DNA of 64,000 bases from Flectonema sp. DT1601 (lineage: Eukaryota). The stretch lies in NCBI GenBank assembly GCA_964019425.1, contig OZ025783.1, forward strand, positions 620,001 to 684,000. Direction: 5' to 3'. This document shows positions 22,253-34,511 of the stretch, in pieces. The translations under genes and the position numbers were made by a program. The notes beneath the pieces were generated by a model. That model did not search any database. It was not told the origin of the DNA and was given only the letters and a program-made list of their open reading frames with translations. Each line of letters starts with the position of its first letter. The stretch's first letter is position 1.

Positions 22253-24862
22253 ATGCTCTTGCTGTGGCTGGCAGTTAGTAGCAGCATCATCGCTGGTACA
22301 CCTCTAATTTCTAAATGCGATTCAGCAAATTGTGTTAAAGTATTTGGAGGTGAGTGTTGGTGTCACGTACTACTTGGAACTGCTGGTTATATCAGGTGTG
22401 CTTATGACAAAGATTATTTAGGGAAATACTACACAATAAACGACAAGGCCAGTACAATACTATCTGCTCTCTCACTAAAACCACACGTAAAGCTTTGTAA
22501 AACAGATGGTATGTGTGACGCCGATTGTATATCAAATGTATGCGATGACATGAATGGTTGTTGGGGAACATCTCGTACGTGTCTTTCTGATAATTTCGCA
22601 TGGCAAGCAACAAAGGAATCAATTGTTAGATGTACAGGTTATGAAGATACTCCGTCATTGACTATTACTTTATCAGATTCAGTTACGAATTCTTTTAGTG
22701 TTTCTAACAGCTTATCAATTTCTGAGAGTATAACTGTCTCAGTCACAGAAAAGATACCAACTACTACTGAGTCTCTTTCGTTAACAATCCCGACACCAAC
22801 TCAAAGTCTGACTTTCTCTGATTCAAACACTTTAACACAAATCCCAACTGACACTGAAACCTTACCAAGTATAACTACATCAGTTACTTGGTATTGGAAA
22901 CAAATGATAACACCAATTCCTGGTTATATTTATATGGCTATTCCTAAAGGATCACAACAACTTAATACATTTAAGGAAAACCTTGAGAGTATGTTCGGTA
23001 CAGCTGATTGCACAGCTAACAACAATGGAGACACTATCATGCATGCTCTTGAACAAACAAATACAAATGGAGATCGTCAAGCAGTTGGGGTGCTAGTCTT
23101 AAACTGTAAGAGTGATATCCCAACGTTGGATGATAATTTCTGTGCAGAACCAGAAGAACGGTTTTTAGTTCAATTCGACGTTAGTTCTCCACCAGCTGAA
23201 TTACAAAGTCGTGCAATGGAACTCTCAGTAGTAGTAAGCGACGTGTTAATGATTAGCACATTACAGCTGTCTCCGTTTTCATTCTTTGAGAGTGGAGTTC
23301 GGTCATCTCGTGCGACTACTGTAGTGTACAGCAACACTACAGCAGGTGATTACCGTCAGTTATTATTAAACAACATCAACTCTATTAAAACAAAAGGTTT
23401 TACTATCACAAATATTCGAAGCATCAGAAGAGGATCAGCGTCAAGAGCTGAAGTTACATTCCCTCCAGGTCTCACAGAGTCAAGAGATCTCTTAGAGACA
23501 GTAACAGGTCTGACTGTTGTGATGTATTCTCCTCCTGTGGTTGAATTTAGGTCTACTTTAAAATACGCATCCCCTGGGTTACTCGCAACACAATTACAAG
23601 ATAAGCTTCAACAAGCGGGATACACCAACACTACTGTTGTGAGTACAACAAACCCAATCCCAGTTAAGATATCTATCTCTGTATCAAAGAGTAAAACTAT
23701 TCTTAATTCGGAATACGGTCTTGTGGGCATCCGTGAACTTATAGAAAGGAACACCCCATTAGTAGATGTCTCTAGCTTATCGTTGTTACAATTAAGATGT
23801 GGAACAGTTATCACATTCCAGTGTAATATAAAAACACAACAATCGACTGTCTGCTCTACTTCAGTTATTGAGCAACAGATTCAAGGTTACATTATCAGTC
23901 TTAAAGGGATAATTGATGTTGTGAATTCGTGTTATTCAAGTGGGTTTCATATTAGGATTGCTTACAGAAGTATTCCTGTTAAAGTTGAATTTGAAGTACC
24001 AGGAGTCTCAGTAGAAACAATCACTACTAGAAGAACTGATGAGCTTAGGAATGCTTTAGCAGAAACCTTCACTAGAAGTCTTATTGATGTCCCAGTTGTT
24101 CAAGTTGACAGTGGAGGTAGAACTGGTTCAACTAGAATCACTGCGATAGTTTACTTACCAGTTGGTGCTGATACTCGTAACATTACTTCTGATGCTTCTG
24201 AAAGTATCACAAATTCCATTCCTCTAACAACTGTTGGTCTGACTGCAGACCCCCTCTTTATTAAATCTGGTATTGCCCAACCCAGAGAGATTGCTTCTCT
24301 TCAACTATGTTATAATCCATTGTTTTCTAGAAATGCTTTGATAGCTTCTGAAACCTGTCCACCAACACTCCAATCGCCTGTTACATTAGCTCCAATTGTT
24401 TCATTAAACTCTCCTCTTGATGGAGCTCTTGACAGTTCAGATGATGATGAGTTCCCTCTGTGGGTTATTATTATATTGGGATTTGTTCTGGTATTCTGTT
24501 GTGTCTTGCTTTATGTAGCTGCGAAGAAGTATCAAAGCAGTGGAGAAGTTGCTTATGTGAATGATAACAATGGTAATGGTGAGTATATGGGAAGTAAACA
24601 ATTTCAACCGAAAGCCAACTTCTCTGATGGTTTAGATAGTGGGATGGTAGAACTGATTCCTGCGGAGGAGGTGCTTCCTCCTGCAGGTAGAGGTGTAAGT
24701 CTTGATAGATTTCCTGTTGCTTCTCTCGAACGACAGCCGTCAGGTCTTTCTACCGCAACACCTCATCAGCCATCACAAAATTCACCCTATTCGCAACAGT
24801 TTCTAAGCACACTAACAAATGGTGGTGTCAGAGGGAGAGGAAGTATGGTTGGTCGTTATTAG
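22253..24862 (+). CDS. Type I membrane surface protein
   Basis: Signal peptide, Cys-rich N-domain, S/T-rich stalk, then DDDEFPLW followed by TM VIIILGFVLVFCCVLLYVAA and KK. Confidence 0.8.
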   Translation: MLLLWLAVSSSIIAGTPLISKCDSANCVKVFGGECWCHVLLGTAGYIRCAYDKDYLGKYYTINDKASTILSALSLKPHVKLCKTDGMCDADCISNVCDDMNGCWGTSRTCLSDNFAWQATKESIVRCTGYEDTPSLTITLSDSVTNSFSVSNSLSISESITVSVTEKIPTTTESLSLTIPTPTQSLTFSDSNTLTQIPTDTETLPSITTSVTWYWKQMITPIPGYIYMAIPKGSQQLNTFKENLESMFGTADCTANNNGDTIMHALEQTNTNGDRQAVGVLVLNCKSDIPTLDDNFCAEPEERFLVQFDVSSPPAELQSRAMELSVVVSDVLMISTLQLSPFSFFESGVRSSRATTVVYSNTTAGDYRQLLLNNINSIKTKGFTITNIRSIRRGSASRAEVTFPPGLTESRDLLETVTGLTVVMYSPPVVEFRSTLKYASPGLLATQLQDKLQQAGYTNTTVVSTTNPIPVKISISVSKSKTILNSEYGLVGIRELIERNTPLVDVSSLSLLQLRCGTVITFQCNIKTQQSTVCSTSVIEQQIQGYIISLKGIIDVVNSCYSSGFHIRIAYRSIPVKVEFEVPGVSVETITTRRTDELRNALAETFTRSLIDVPVVQVDSGGRTGSTRITAIVYLPVGADTRNITSDASESITNSIPLTTVGLTADPLFIKSGIAQPREIASLQLCYNPLFSRNALIASETCPPTLQSPVTLAPIVSLNSPLDGALDSSDDDEFPLWVIIILGFVLVFCCVLLYVAAKKYQSSGEVAYVNDNNGNGEYMGSKQFQPKANFSDGLDSGMVELIPAEEVLPPAGRGVSLDRFPVASLERQPSGLSTATPHQPSQNSPYSQQFLSTLTNGGVRGRGSMVGRY

Positions 24863-26895
24863 CTGGCAGATTCTATTCTTATTTCACGATTTTAAAATAT
24901 ACTTCGTTTTGATTTTATTTTGGTTTTCTTGTTTTATTTGGTGTTCCTGACCTTCAAAATTAATGAAAAACCGAATGCCGCGTCCGTAGAGTGGATGCTT
25001 TTGTTTTCCTTCTGTACTTTGTATTGTGTTTTTATTTGTTCTCTTTTTTTTTTCAAACAAACAGTACAGCGTCTGGCTTTGTTTCGCTAGTTTACATGAA
25101 TTGCCTTACTTGCATTTAAACGTTTAGTTTTTTCACGCTTATTTCTTGCGGGCAGCTTCATTTCTTTCGACCCGCTCGTTACTTAGGGTATCATTCTGTT
25201 GCTTTTTTTTTTCCTTTCTTCAAGTTGGCTTATAATTTATTTACTATGCGATATCACAATACAGGCGTGTTTGGTTTTTGTTTTTTACTCCTGAGAATCT
25301 ACCTGAGCGGTCATCGTGCTCAAGTTGAAAAAAAAAAAAAAAAAGGAAATTTATTCCGACTCAATGGAATGTGCAAAACAAGATGTGCAACTGCTTGTTT
25401 CCCGCAAACCTTTTGTAGTCGTGTCTGAAGCCAGGAACGCTTACAAGTAGGTTTGTTGTCTTTTCTTTGTTTCTTTTCTTTTTTTTTTTGTTTCGTAAAT
25501 GGTATTTACAGTAGTTTTCTAGTAACTTACATATTTTCTTTTCAACACACAAACTTTATCCTTTGTAGTCTTCTTTGTGAGAATACCTCAAAAAGCCTGT
25601 CATGAACATCTGCTGAACCATTCTTTTCAGTTTTACTACTGATCAGTCGGTGATGTGGATATCATGAGAATGTCTACCAAAAGGCTTCCACAACCATACG
25701 GCGCTTGATGAAGATAGAATTTCTCATTTTAATTGTCCTTAAAAAAAAAAAAAAAAGCACTTATTTCAGTGTGCAGTAATTCCTTCTTCATTCTGACGGG
25801 TTTGGGATAGCGAGAACATTTGATATAATCTATCAGACATCAGAGTCATCTTTTTTTTTTTTATATAAAATTTTAATTATTTAATGTAATCAGTCCATTC
25901 GCTTCCAACCTGACTCTTGTTTGCTACGAGCTCTTGCCGTAGTGTTCACTGAGAAAGTTTGTTTATGTGTCTTGTTCTCTTTTTGTTTAACTAAGGTCGA
26001 GGTCTGATGGTTGATTAGGCTTCTTTATTAGTTGGAATGATATTATTATTTAGTAGTGATGCGTGGACGATATTAATGCTTGGGAGACTTTTGGGTTTTG
26101 TTTTTTATGGTTTTGTTTTCCTTGACAAGCTGTCCTGTGATCATTTCATGAAGAAATATTTTATATACGGAAATGGAAAAGGTATATTTTATTTATTCCT
26201 CTTTCTGCATCGCCTTTTTTTTGTTTTTGTTTTTTTCTCTTCAATTTGTTTTTTCAAATCTCTAGAAAGCACAATCTCTGCGATTGGGTCCTCTACTGGC
26301 GCGGGTTGCTATCCAACAACTGTCTTCTATATGAGTGCTCGAAACCATCAGTAGAAGTTCCCGAAGCCAAATCAATGATTATTTATCCCTCAACAGCATT
26401 CCCTTCAAGGTGGCCTTCGCGATCATCGATGCCCATGCTTTGGTTAGCTTTGAGCACTAAACAAAATTAAGTTATGTTTTAATTTAGGTTTCTTTTTTTT
26501 TTGTACGACATCAAATTCAAAAAATAAAAAAAATAAAAATACATTTGTCCTTGTGTGATGACATTGTAGTTAAGGTGCAGACGGTACGACTATGTTATTT
26601 TAGACAGAAACAAGTACTCATACCCTCTACAAGTGTCCTCTTCAGCAAGCTGTCGGCAGAAGAAAAAAAAAAAAAAAAAAAAAAAAAAAGTGGTACTTCG
26701 TCTCAGTTACAGAGTTTGTTGTATTGTTTTTTTTTCAAAATATTTTGGTTATTTTATGTTGCTTTTTTTTTCGTTTACCTGAATATAAAAAAACATGGTT
26801 ATTAGTACAACTCTAGCAATATTGTTTTGGATGTTGTGGTCTGTTTCGTGAGCAAGTTAAATTAAATTTTTTAATTTTCTTACAGGAATCTCAAG

Positions 26896-28227
26896 ATGCC
26901 AATCTCACAGCTGTTCATCCTCTCCCCCCGGGGAGATAAAATAATTGCGAAGGACTATCGAGCTGACATTGTTCGAGGGACTGATGAAATCTTTTTCAGA
27001 AAGTATAAGTTCTGGGACGGACCAGGTGGTGGTGACACACCTCCATTCTTTACTGTTGATGGAATCAACTATGCTTTTGTGAAGAAGAACAATCTCTTAT
27101 TGGTAGTAACAACAAGGACTAATATGAGTGCTGCTCTCTTATCAGAACTCCTTTTACGTCTGACTAAGCTACTCAAAGATTACTTGGGTGTATTGAACGA
27201 GGAGTCTTTAAGAAAGAATTTCGTACTCGTCTACGAACTTCTCGATGAAGTTATTGATTTTGGATTCATTCAGACAATGTCAACAGAGAAGTTAATCTCT
27301 TACATCTTTAGTGAGCCGGTAGTTATAGAAGCCGATGATAAGAAACAATCAGCTGTTGGAACAATGAAACCTTCACTTTCTAAAATTACTGGCAGGTCTG
27401 GTACTAAGCGAGCGATAGACGCGCAGAGAACTATTGTACCAGGAGGGGGATCCAGAAAGAATGAAATCTACGTTGATGTATTGGAAAGACTAAATGTAGT
27501 TTTCAACAGTAACGGTGGTGTCACATCAGCAGAGATTGATGGAGCGATTGTAATGAAAAGTTTCTTAGCGGGAACACCAGAACTCCGACTTGGACTAAAC
27601 GAGGATCTCTCTGTTGGAAGAGCTGATCAACATTCATATGGAGTTGTATTGGATTCTGTTAACTTTCATGAGTGCGTAAATCACAATGACTTCGATGCCG
27701 ATAAAACTCTCTTCTTCAGACCTCCAGATGGTGAGTTTGTAGTTATGCACTACCGAGTTACAAACAAAGACTGTAGCATGCCTTTTAAGATTCACCCGAT
27801 AATTGAGCAACCAAGTCCATACAAGGTAGAGCTTACGCTCAAGATTCGCAGTGACTTCCCAGCTTCTATCTACGGGTCAACTGTTCTTATTAAGTTTCAA
27901 GTGCCAAAGACTACGACAAGTGTAAGTATCGAAAATCAAAATTATGAATACAAGAGTCAAGAAAAAACTGTCATGTGGTTGGTAAAGAAATTCACAGGAG
28001 CGACAGAGCAGATTTGCAAGGCTCGTATCTCACTCAGTCAGCCTGCTAATTCAAACATCAGACGTGAGATTGGACCTATTACAATGAACTTTGAAATCCC
28101 GATGTACATTGTTTCTGGTTTAGGAATTCGATTTTTGAGAATTGAGGAGAGGAGCAAGACATACAACCCATCGAGATGGGTGCGTAACATCACTCAAGCT
28201 AACAGTTATGTCTGTCGAATAATTTAA
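26896..28227 (+). CDS. AP4M1: AP-4 adaptor complex subunit mu
   Basis: N-terminus ISQLFILSPRGDKIIAKDYR; NFVLVYELLDEVIDFG; KNEIYVDVLERL; PPDGEFVVMHYR; C-terminus RWVRNITQANSYVCRI, typical of mu4. Confidence 0.9.
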   Translation: MPISQLFILSPRGDKIIAKDYRADIVRGTDEIFFRKYKFWDGPGGGDTPPFFTVDGINYAFVKKNNLLLVVTTRTNMSAALLSELLLRLTKLLKDYLGVLNEESLRKNFVLVYELLDEVIDFGFIQTMSTEKLISYIFSEPVVIEADDKKQSAVGTMKPSLSKITGRSGTKRAIDAQRTIVPGGGSRKNEIYVDVLERLNVVFNSNGGVTSAEIDGAIVMKSFLAGTPELRLGLNEDLSVGRADQHSYGVVLDSVNFHECVNHNDFDADKTLFFRPPDGEFVVMHYRVTNKDCSMPFKIHPIIEQPSPYKVELTLKIRSDFPASIYGSTVLIKFQVPKTTTSVSIENQNYEYKSQEKTVMWLVKKFTGATEQICKARISLSQPANSNIRREIGPITMNFEIPMYIVSGLGIRFLRIEERSKTYNPSRWVRNITQANSYVCRII

Positions 28228-29264
28228 AATAAACAATAGAAACGACGCACGTGAATGTTAACTCTGAAGGAAAACAACGGAACTGAGGAACCCTACCAAT
28301 AAAGTGACTTACAGCCATTCGGTGTAACATGCTAAGCATGTTCGTCTTTAAAGGGTTTCTTTTATAACAATTATTAGATACAGGTGACGCTTATCCAAAG
28401 AGATTATTTTAGGTTGAGTTTCGCAATGCACCCCAGCTCCGAATTAATTTTCGAAAGTAATTACGTGGAACTATATTAGTTTTTCTTTTTTTCTTCTTTT
28501 CTTTCTTTTTTTCTTTTTTTTGTGGTTACAGAAGCTTGTACTACAAGCAGACAGTTGTTTGAAAACAGTATTGCTTCTCTTTAACCAGAGAGGGGTTAGT
28601 CAGGTAGTGGTTCCTAATTGAAGGGGAGTTCGCCCTAGCAGTCTTTTCCTTTTTTTAGTGTTTTAGTTTTTACTTTGAATTTCACTTTTTTTTTTTTTTT
28701 TTTGTGTGTCTCGTAGGTTTGTTGTTTTTTTCATTCTCTTCCCCTACCCATTTCCCTTTCTATTGTTCGCGGAGCTACTCTCATGCGCTTACGGCGCTAT
28801 TCGGAGATCAAGGTTACTGTAAGTATTGTACACCAGTATGAGTGTAATGTTGACTTTGTGTACCTTACGTTTGTTGTATGCACGTAGTACGTTGATTAGC
28901 ACTGCCGGTCTCAAATTTAAAAAAAAAAAAACTTAAAAAACAGACTTCCACGTTTGCACCGAGACATATAAAGAGAATCTTTCCCACACATCCCCACATG
29001 TAGTGTTTTTTGTTTTCTTTCTTTCTTTTTTTTGATCTTCTGTTGTGCATCCAAATGTTTTTTTTTTATCTGTTTGTCTGACTGATTTCGTGTTTGGTTT
29101 TTTCTTTTCTTTTCTTCCTTTTTCTCTCATGATTTCTTTTTGGTCAAATATTTTATTTATAACCAGCAACGCATGCATACAGTTAAAGTGAATCGATGGC
29201 ATAAAAACCTTTAAGTAAGTCATAATTGTTTACACTCACTTCATAAACAAGTATACGTTTTAAA

Positions 29265-30497
29265 ATGGGAAGTCCCTCAAACGGTATGACAGAGGAAGAA
29301 ATGGTCCAAAACAAATTTCGTGTAAGAGCAGAAATGGAAACGGAAAGAATAATTTCAGAAGGTAAGAGCGGGATGGCAGAAGGAGCACAGGAAGTACAGA
29401 AACTGAGACTCCTCTTAGAAGAAAAAGATAAAGAAATAAATCGGCTAAAAAGAGACAGCACTAGCCGCGACACCATGGTCTTGGGAAGCTTGAGAGATAT
29501 ACAAAGACGTAGAATAGCATCAGAAATCCTCATCCAGAGACACGTCTTGGAGTCTGAGGCATCCTCTGAGTCGCTACGTATTAGTAATAGTGAGCTAACT
29601 GAGATGTTGGATATCATCAGACAATTCTCAAAGATGCCAATTATCAAATTAACATCTACTCCTGCTATTGGTCTCAACGATGAAGGGTTGGATTCATTTT
29701 TTGGAAATGTCAGTCAAACAGGTCCAGAGTTACGATTGAATAGTGTCGAGTCTTGTAATGGATCAGTTAACCTTCAGGGTTCATATAATTTAGAAGGAAC
29801 ACTTGCAAAGACTCCTCTGACACCACTCCCTCCAGCAGCTGTTGAGGGGAAGCGAAGAGAGAGTACGATTGCTGGAGATAATGAACATCATCTTATAAAT
29901 ATTCAACAGACTCGTGATCTAGCATCATATGTGTTCTGGCATTGGGACGCAGATTCCGACGGAGTTTGGAACGAAGACGAAACTCGTCTCTTTGGTGATC
30001 ACGCTGGTTGGGACGAACCGTGGACAGTAATTTGTGCAGAGTTAGGAATTAGCGATAAGTGTGGGATCACACCATACCACTTTATGCATCTTTGTTACTT
30101 ATCAGAAGTAGGTCGCGGTAAGTGGACAGAATCGCTCAACGACTTGTACATCGATGCTCGTTCCAAGTCCGAAGGTCTCGGATTCACTGATCTAGTTAAA
30201 GAGTATCGAGTGTTGTCAATATTTAAAGAATGGGATTCAGAGAAGTCTGGTCACTGGAGTCACGATGATGCAATTAAATGTCAAAGAGTAACACAACCAG
30301 GTGAACAGTTACCAACAGAAGAAATGTGGGCTGATATTTGTGAAGCCATGGGCGCAGGTCCACTGGGACCCCGAGTCACACATCTTGCGGCAATGTACGC
30401 AGATCCCATACAGTTAGAGCGCGATTATTCTCTTACAGGTATGAGTAAGAAAGTTTTGAGATGCGCTAAAACGGGTGTCAGTTTTAAGGGTTCATGA
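29265..30497 (+). CDS. Coiled-coil plus degenerate EF-hand protein
   Basis: Two EF-hand-like loops, FWHWDADSDGVWNEDE and FKEWDSEKSGHWSHDD, within a duplicated module. Confidence 0.65.
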   Translation: MGSPSNGMTEEEMVQNKFRVRAEMETERIISEGKSGMAEGAQEVQKLRLLLEEKDKEINRLKRDSTSRDTMVLGSLRDIQRRRIASEILIQRHVLESEASSESLRISNSELTEMLDIIRQFSKMPIIKLTSTPAIGLNDEGLDSFFGNVSQTGPELRLNSVESCNGSVNLQGSYNLEGTLAKTPLTPLPPAAVEGKRRESTIAGDNEHHLINIQQTRDLASYVFWHWDADSDGVWNEDETRLFGDHAGWDEPWTVICAELGISDKCGITPYHFMHLCYLSEVGRGKWTESLNDLYIDARSKSEGLGFTDLVKEYRVLSIFKEWDSEKSGHWSHDDAIKCQRVTQPGEQLPTEEMWADICEAMGAGPLGPRVTHLAAMYADPIQLERDYSLTGMSKKVLRCAKTGVSFKGS

Positions 30498-31098
30498 TTT
30501 CAGAAGTGGTTTTCAAGTGACTCAATACCCTTCATGTTGTAGATGTTTTACTAATTACTTCAATCGCTGAGCGTATGTCAAAAGTATTCCATTCCTTGCC
30601 GAATACGGAGAGTTGTCTTTTTATTCAATTTGGTTACAGTATTGGCATTTCGTTTTTTTTTTTCCTTTTTTTTGTTCCCTGTCCCCGTAAAATTATATTA
30701 TAAAGTACATATCAGATTACAAAAGTTTAATTAGCCCAGCTGCTAGTTACTATGATAGTTGTCACAGCTGGTAGTTAAAGTGCTGATGATAGTTCAGGTG
30801 TCTCGCCACCTTGTAAATTTCTGATAGAAATTTCCTTCGTTATTGTGTTCCCTTTTTTTTTCCCCCGTCTTCTTTTGTAGTTTGATGTTGTTGAAGGAAT
30901 GTTTTGCTGACTATTCAAGTCCAGTGCAAAAAAAAAAAATATAAAAATCTCTCCAATCCCCTTCAGCTAAACATTGCTATACTATTCATAGTTTCGTTTA
31001 GACTAAGTAGAAGAGCCTTCGTTTTCTAAAAAAATAAAAAAAAAAGGAGAGAGAACAAGTTCTCCCATTTTTTTTCCATTATTTTAAAATCTCGAAAC

Positions 31099-31133
<35 letters not shown>

Positions 31134-33599
31134 AAATAACTGGTAGTTATTTTGGTTTTGTTTATTTTTCATTTTTTTACAAAAACGCACCCAGCATGTG
31201 TCCTTTTTGCGCATGCGACGCTGAGATGGACGTGTGGTGTGTTTATCAGGCAGCAACATTTTTCTTCTTCTTCTTCTTCTTCTTATTATTATTACTATTA
31301 TTAAGTAGGCTTCTGTTGGAGCTTTACTTTCCAACATCTTAAAAAAAAGTACGGTCTTGCACAAAGCGCTGTAGAGGGGGAATGAAACTACCCCTCTATT
31401 CGAATAATTGTCCCATTCTTCGTTCGCACTCACGATTTTTTTTTTGGTTTTTTTTTTTTTTTTTTTTGTTTGTTGTCTATCTTTCCTTTCCCTTCCTTTC
31501 CTTTCCTTTTTTTATGAAGTAAGTGGTTATTGCGTTCATTCGTGTTCGTATTTGCTGCATTCTATTTGGTTTTTTTTTATCTTTGCGCGTTGATTAAACT
31601 TGTTTTCTTTTTCCACTCGTTGCCTATAATCTCTTTGTAGAGAGTAGTCAGTAATATGAGCACAGCCTGCTTTCGTCGGAATTCTTTTTCCCTCTTCGAC
31701 GATAATTCAAAAAAATATGGTCCGGCGCAGACCATAAACCGACTGTCGTCTTATCGGATCCTGTTGTTTTCATTTCTTGCTGAGTGATATGGCTATGTGC
31801 TGCCCTATTTGTGTGGTAATTTTATAAAGCTTTCGGTAAGCCCACAGAACAATTATAATGCTTTGGACAACAGGGGGTGAACGATCCTCGGTACTGTTCC
31901 GGGGGTTTCTATTTTCTTTCGTGGTATGTGCATATGGTCGTGGTCGTGTAAAAGAAAGTACTGTGTGTGGAATAAAAATGATTTTCTATTTTTTCACCTT
32001 CCCCCCCACTCGCAGATCATTTCTCTTTTATTTTCTTTAGTAGTTTTCAACCTGTTAGCCTCTGGGTAAGGTGGGAGCTAGAAGTTCTTCCAGCTGAAGC
32101 TATAAAACTACAATCTTCGCGATTGGGTCCTTACTGATGCATTTTGCTAGAGAAAAATAATATAAAAAAAATATACTTTTCCCTTTTATGTTTTCTTCTT
32201 TCTAAAACGTATCCTTTTTTCGATTAACAACTACGAATATTTTTTCAGTCAAGTACTTGATATTACTTTTGTTTAATATCTAAAATTGTTACTGTTTTTA
32301 CAAAGTCTCCCCCTCTCCAACTACATCCTCCGGTTCTAATATAATTAATGAAGACTTGGTGGTGGATTTATTTATTAATTATTAGAAGATTCTGACATTC
32401 TGTTTTAGAGGGGAGCTTCACCCGTGTACAGCAGGACACAATCTGAAATTTGTAAAGGTGAAATAATAAAATGTATTGTTATCTACAAACTACTAATAAT
32501 CTGGCATTCCAATGTGGACACAATTAGTGTGATTACGATATTTGTCTAAGCTGTTTAGGGTTATTCATGTGCACCGCATGTACTCGCAACGAAGTCTTGC
32601 GAGATGTGCTCCACTGGTAGTGTGCTACGAACCAGAAATATTTCATTTTTTTATTTCTTTGATTATTTTTTGCAAAAATAGTTCTTTTTTCCTCTTTAAT
32701 ATTTATTTGATTTTGAAGTGTGAGGAGATACTATTTTTAAGCTGAAACAGGCTACAGAGCATGGAGCGCTCAGCCAAACAGACCACAGGTCATGGAGCTC
32801 AACCGAAATTCTTATATTGCAACCAGGTTTGGCAGAATCTTGTAATCGAGTTACCCCTACCTCTTTTCCCCCACTTTCGTTTTATAAGTTGATGAACAGT
32901 GTCAGTTAGTCTTACTACTTTCAGCACATAAACGCATGATTTTATTATTATTTATTTATTTATTTTTTTGTTCCGATCGTAAATAATCACTTTTTATTTT
33001 TACCTCCAAGTTGGGGTGATAACAGCTTCAGAAGTTATATACTTGTAGGTATCTTAACTAGTAGGCTTATTTTAAATTGAGTGAGACCGACTTGGGAACG
33101 GCCCGGGTGAAATAACAGGTTCCACATCATTTCCCCCCATTATCCCCTCTTGGTTATTAATGCACAGTACAATTTAAGTAAATCTCGGAAAAATTAAAAA
33201 AAAAGAAACAACAGCAACAACAACAATTATCCCAACGTCTTATCATCGTGTATTCGGTTGGTTTGTTCTCGTAACTGAATTCTCACAACACTGAGGCTGC
33301 GTGCGCTGTAGATGAGTGAGATATAAAAAGAAGGAACTATTAATAAGTTCATAAGCTTAGCAAATCCGAAGGAGGTAAAAAGAAACTAGGTACACTCGGT
33401 AAAATTGATTTTGTTCATCCTTTTTTTTTCTTTCTCTTCATTTGCTTTCTCTTGTCGTAATCGCCCCAGTAAGCTTCGATACGCATTGAGACATAACATG
33501 TTGACTTGTTTACCCAATTCAGTTTAATCAGTTATCCAATAAGGAGGTTAGATGTGTTACAAATTTATTATTTACTTCACTCAGACACTAGATAAGAAG

Positions 33600-34511
33600 A
33601 TGAAGTCACTGTTGGCCCTTGCTGCGGTGTTGTGTACTGCTAACGCGCAGACCGCCATCCATCAGTTAAGGACATGTAGTATCCTAGACGATTGTAAGAC
33701 ATACCTTCCAAAGCAAACTCCTGACACAGGAATCTCATGTAATACTGCTAATAACCAGTGTGTATGCCCTCTAGCGACAACTGCTGTAACAGCACCTGAC
33801 GGAACAAACAACTACGGACAGTGCTTCCCATTAAACAATGCTGGAGCAGTCTTGTTGGCAAACAGAAGAGCAAACCTCGTGTACACAATAACTTCAGCTG
33901 GTACCGGGTTGAACTGTGCAGAAATTGACAACTTCAGAAATACTTTCAGAACTACTTTCCAGACTTTAGTCGGTACCACAGTCACTGTTACATCCACACA
34001 ACACTTCTGCAGTGGAACTACCATGTTTACTGCTGTATTTGCAAACGTATTATTCACTGACCTTGCAATTCTTGCTAACCGTAATGCTGTTCTTCGTGAC
34101 AGCACTGCTATCCAAGCAACTCTTACTGGAATTCTAACTAACCTTGGACAAGTTGCCGTGGTCAATATTTACACTGAGGAGTTCGTTAGATCTCAGTGTA
34201 GGGGAACAGTTGTCGGAGAGTCATTGATTGCTGCTCCGTTTATCCCTACCACCCTGACTGTTTGTCGCACTATTTTGTGCAAGCCTGGGTACAGTTTGAG
34301 CACTACAGGAGTGTGTACATCTACACCAGCTCCATTTATGATTATTAGAGACCCAAACAGAACACCATTCCCAACTATTGTCTTTGACAATGATGACGAG
34401 ATGAGCGTTGGTGCTGCTGCCGGTCTTACCGTCGGGATCATAGTATTCTGTGGTATTATGATCGGTCTGTACGTCTTCTCTTCCAACGCGGAAGAGAATA
34501 AGACTCTATAG
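33600..34511 (+). CDS. Type I membrane surface protein with Cys-rich/EGF-like segments
   Basis: Signal peptide MKSLLALAAVLCTANA; CNTANNQCVCP; CKPGYSLSTTGVC; DNDDE followed by TM helix. ATG 15 nt after CTCAG. Confidence 0.8.
   Translation: MKSLLALAAVLCTANAQTAIHQLRTCSILDDCKTYLPKQTPDTGISCNTANNQCVCPLATTAVTAPDGTNNYGQCFPLNNAGAVLLANRRANLVYTITSAGTGLNCAEIDNFRNTFRTTFQTLVGTTVTVTSTQHFCSGTTMFTAVFANVLFTDLAILANRNAVLRDSTAIQATLTGILTNLGQVAVVNIYTEEFVRSQCRGTVVGESLIAAPFIPTTLTVCRTILCKPGYSLSTTGVCTSTPAPFMIIRDPNRTPFPTIVFDNDDEMSVGAAAGLTVGIIVFCGIMIGLYVFSSNAEENKTL

Noticed and set aside
25010..25026. TTCTGTACTTTGTATTG resembling the 3' end of the euglenozoan spliced leader
   Set aside because: Short imperfect match in a T-rich tract, without the 5' part of the leader.
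26327..26345. Hammerhead-like CTATATGAG-TGCT-CGAAAC
   Set aside because: Lacks the CUGANGA core, and no convincing stems I/III.
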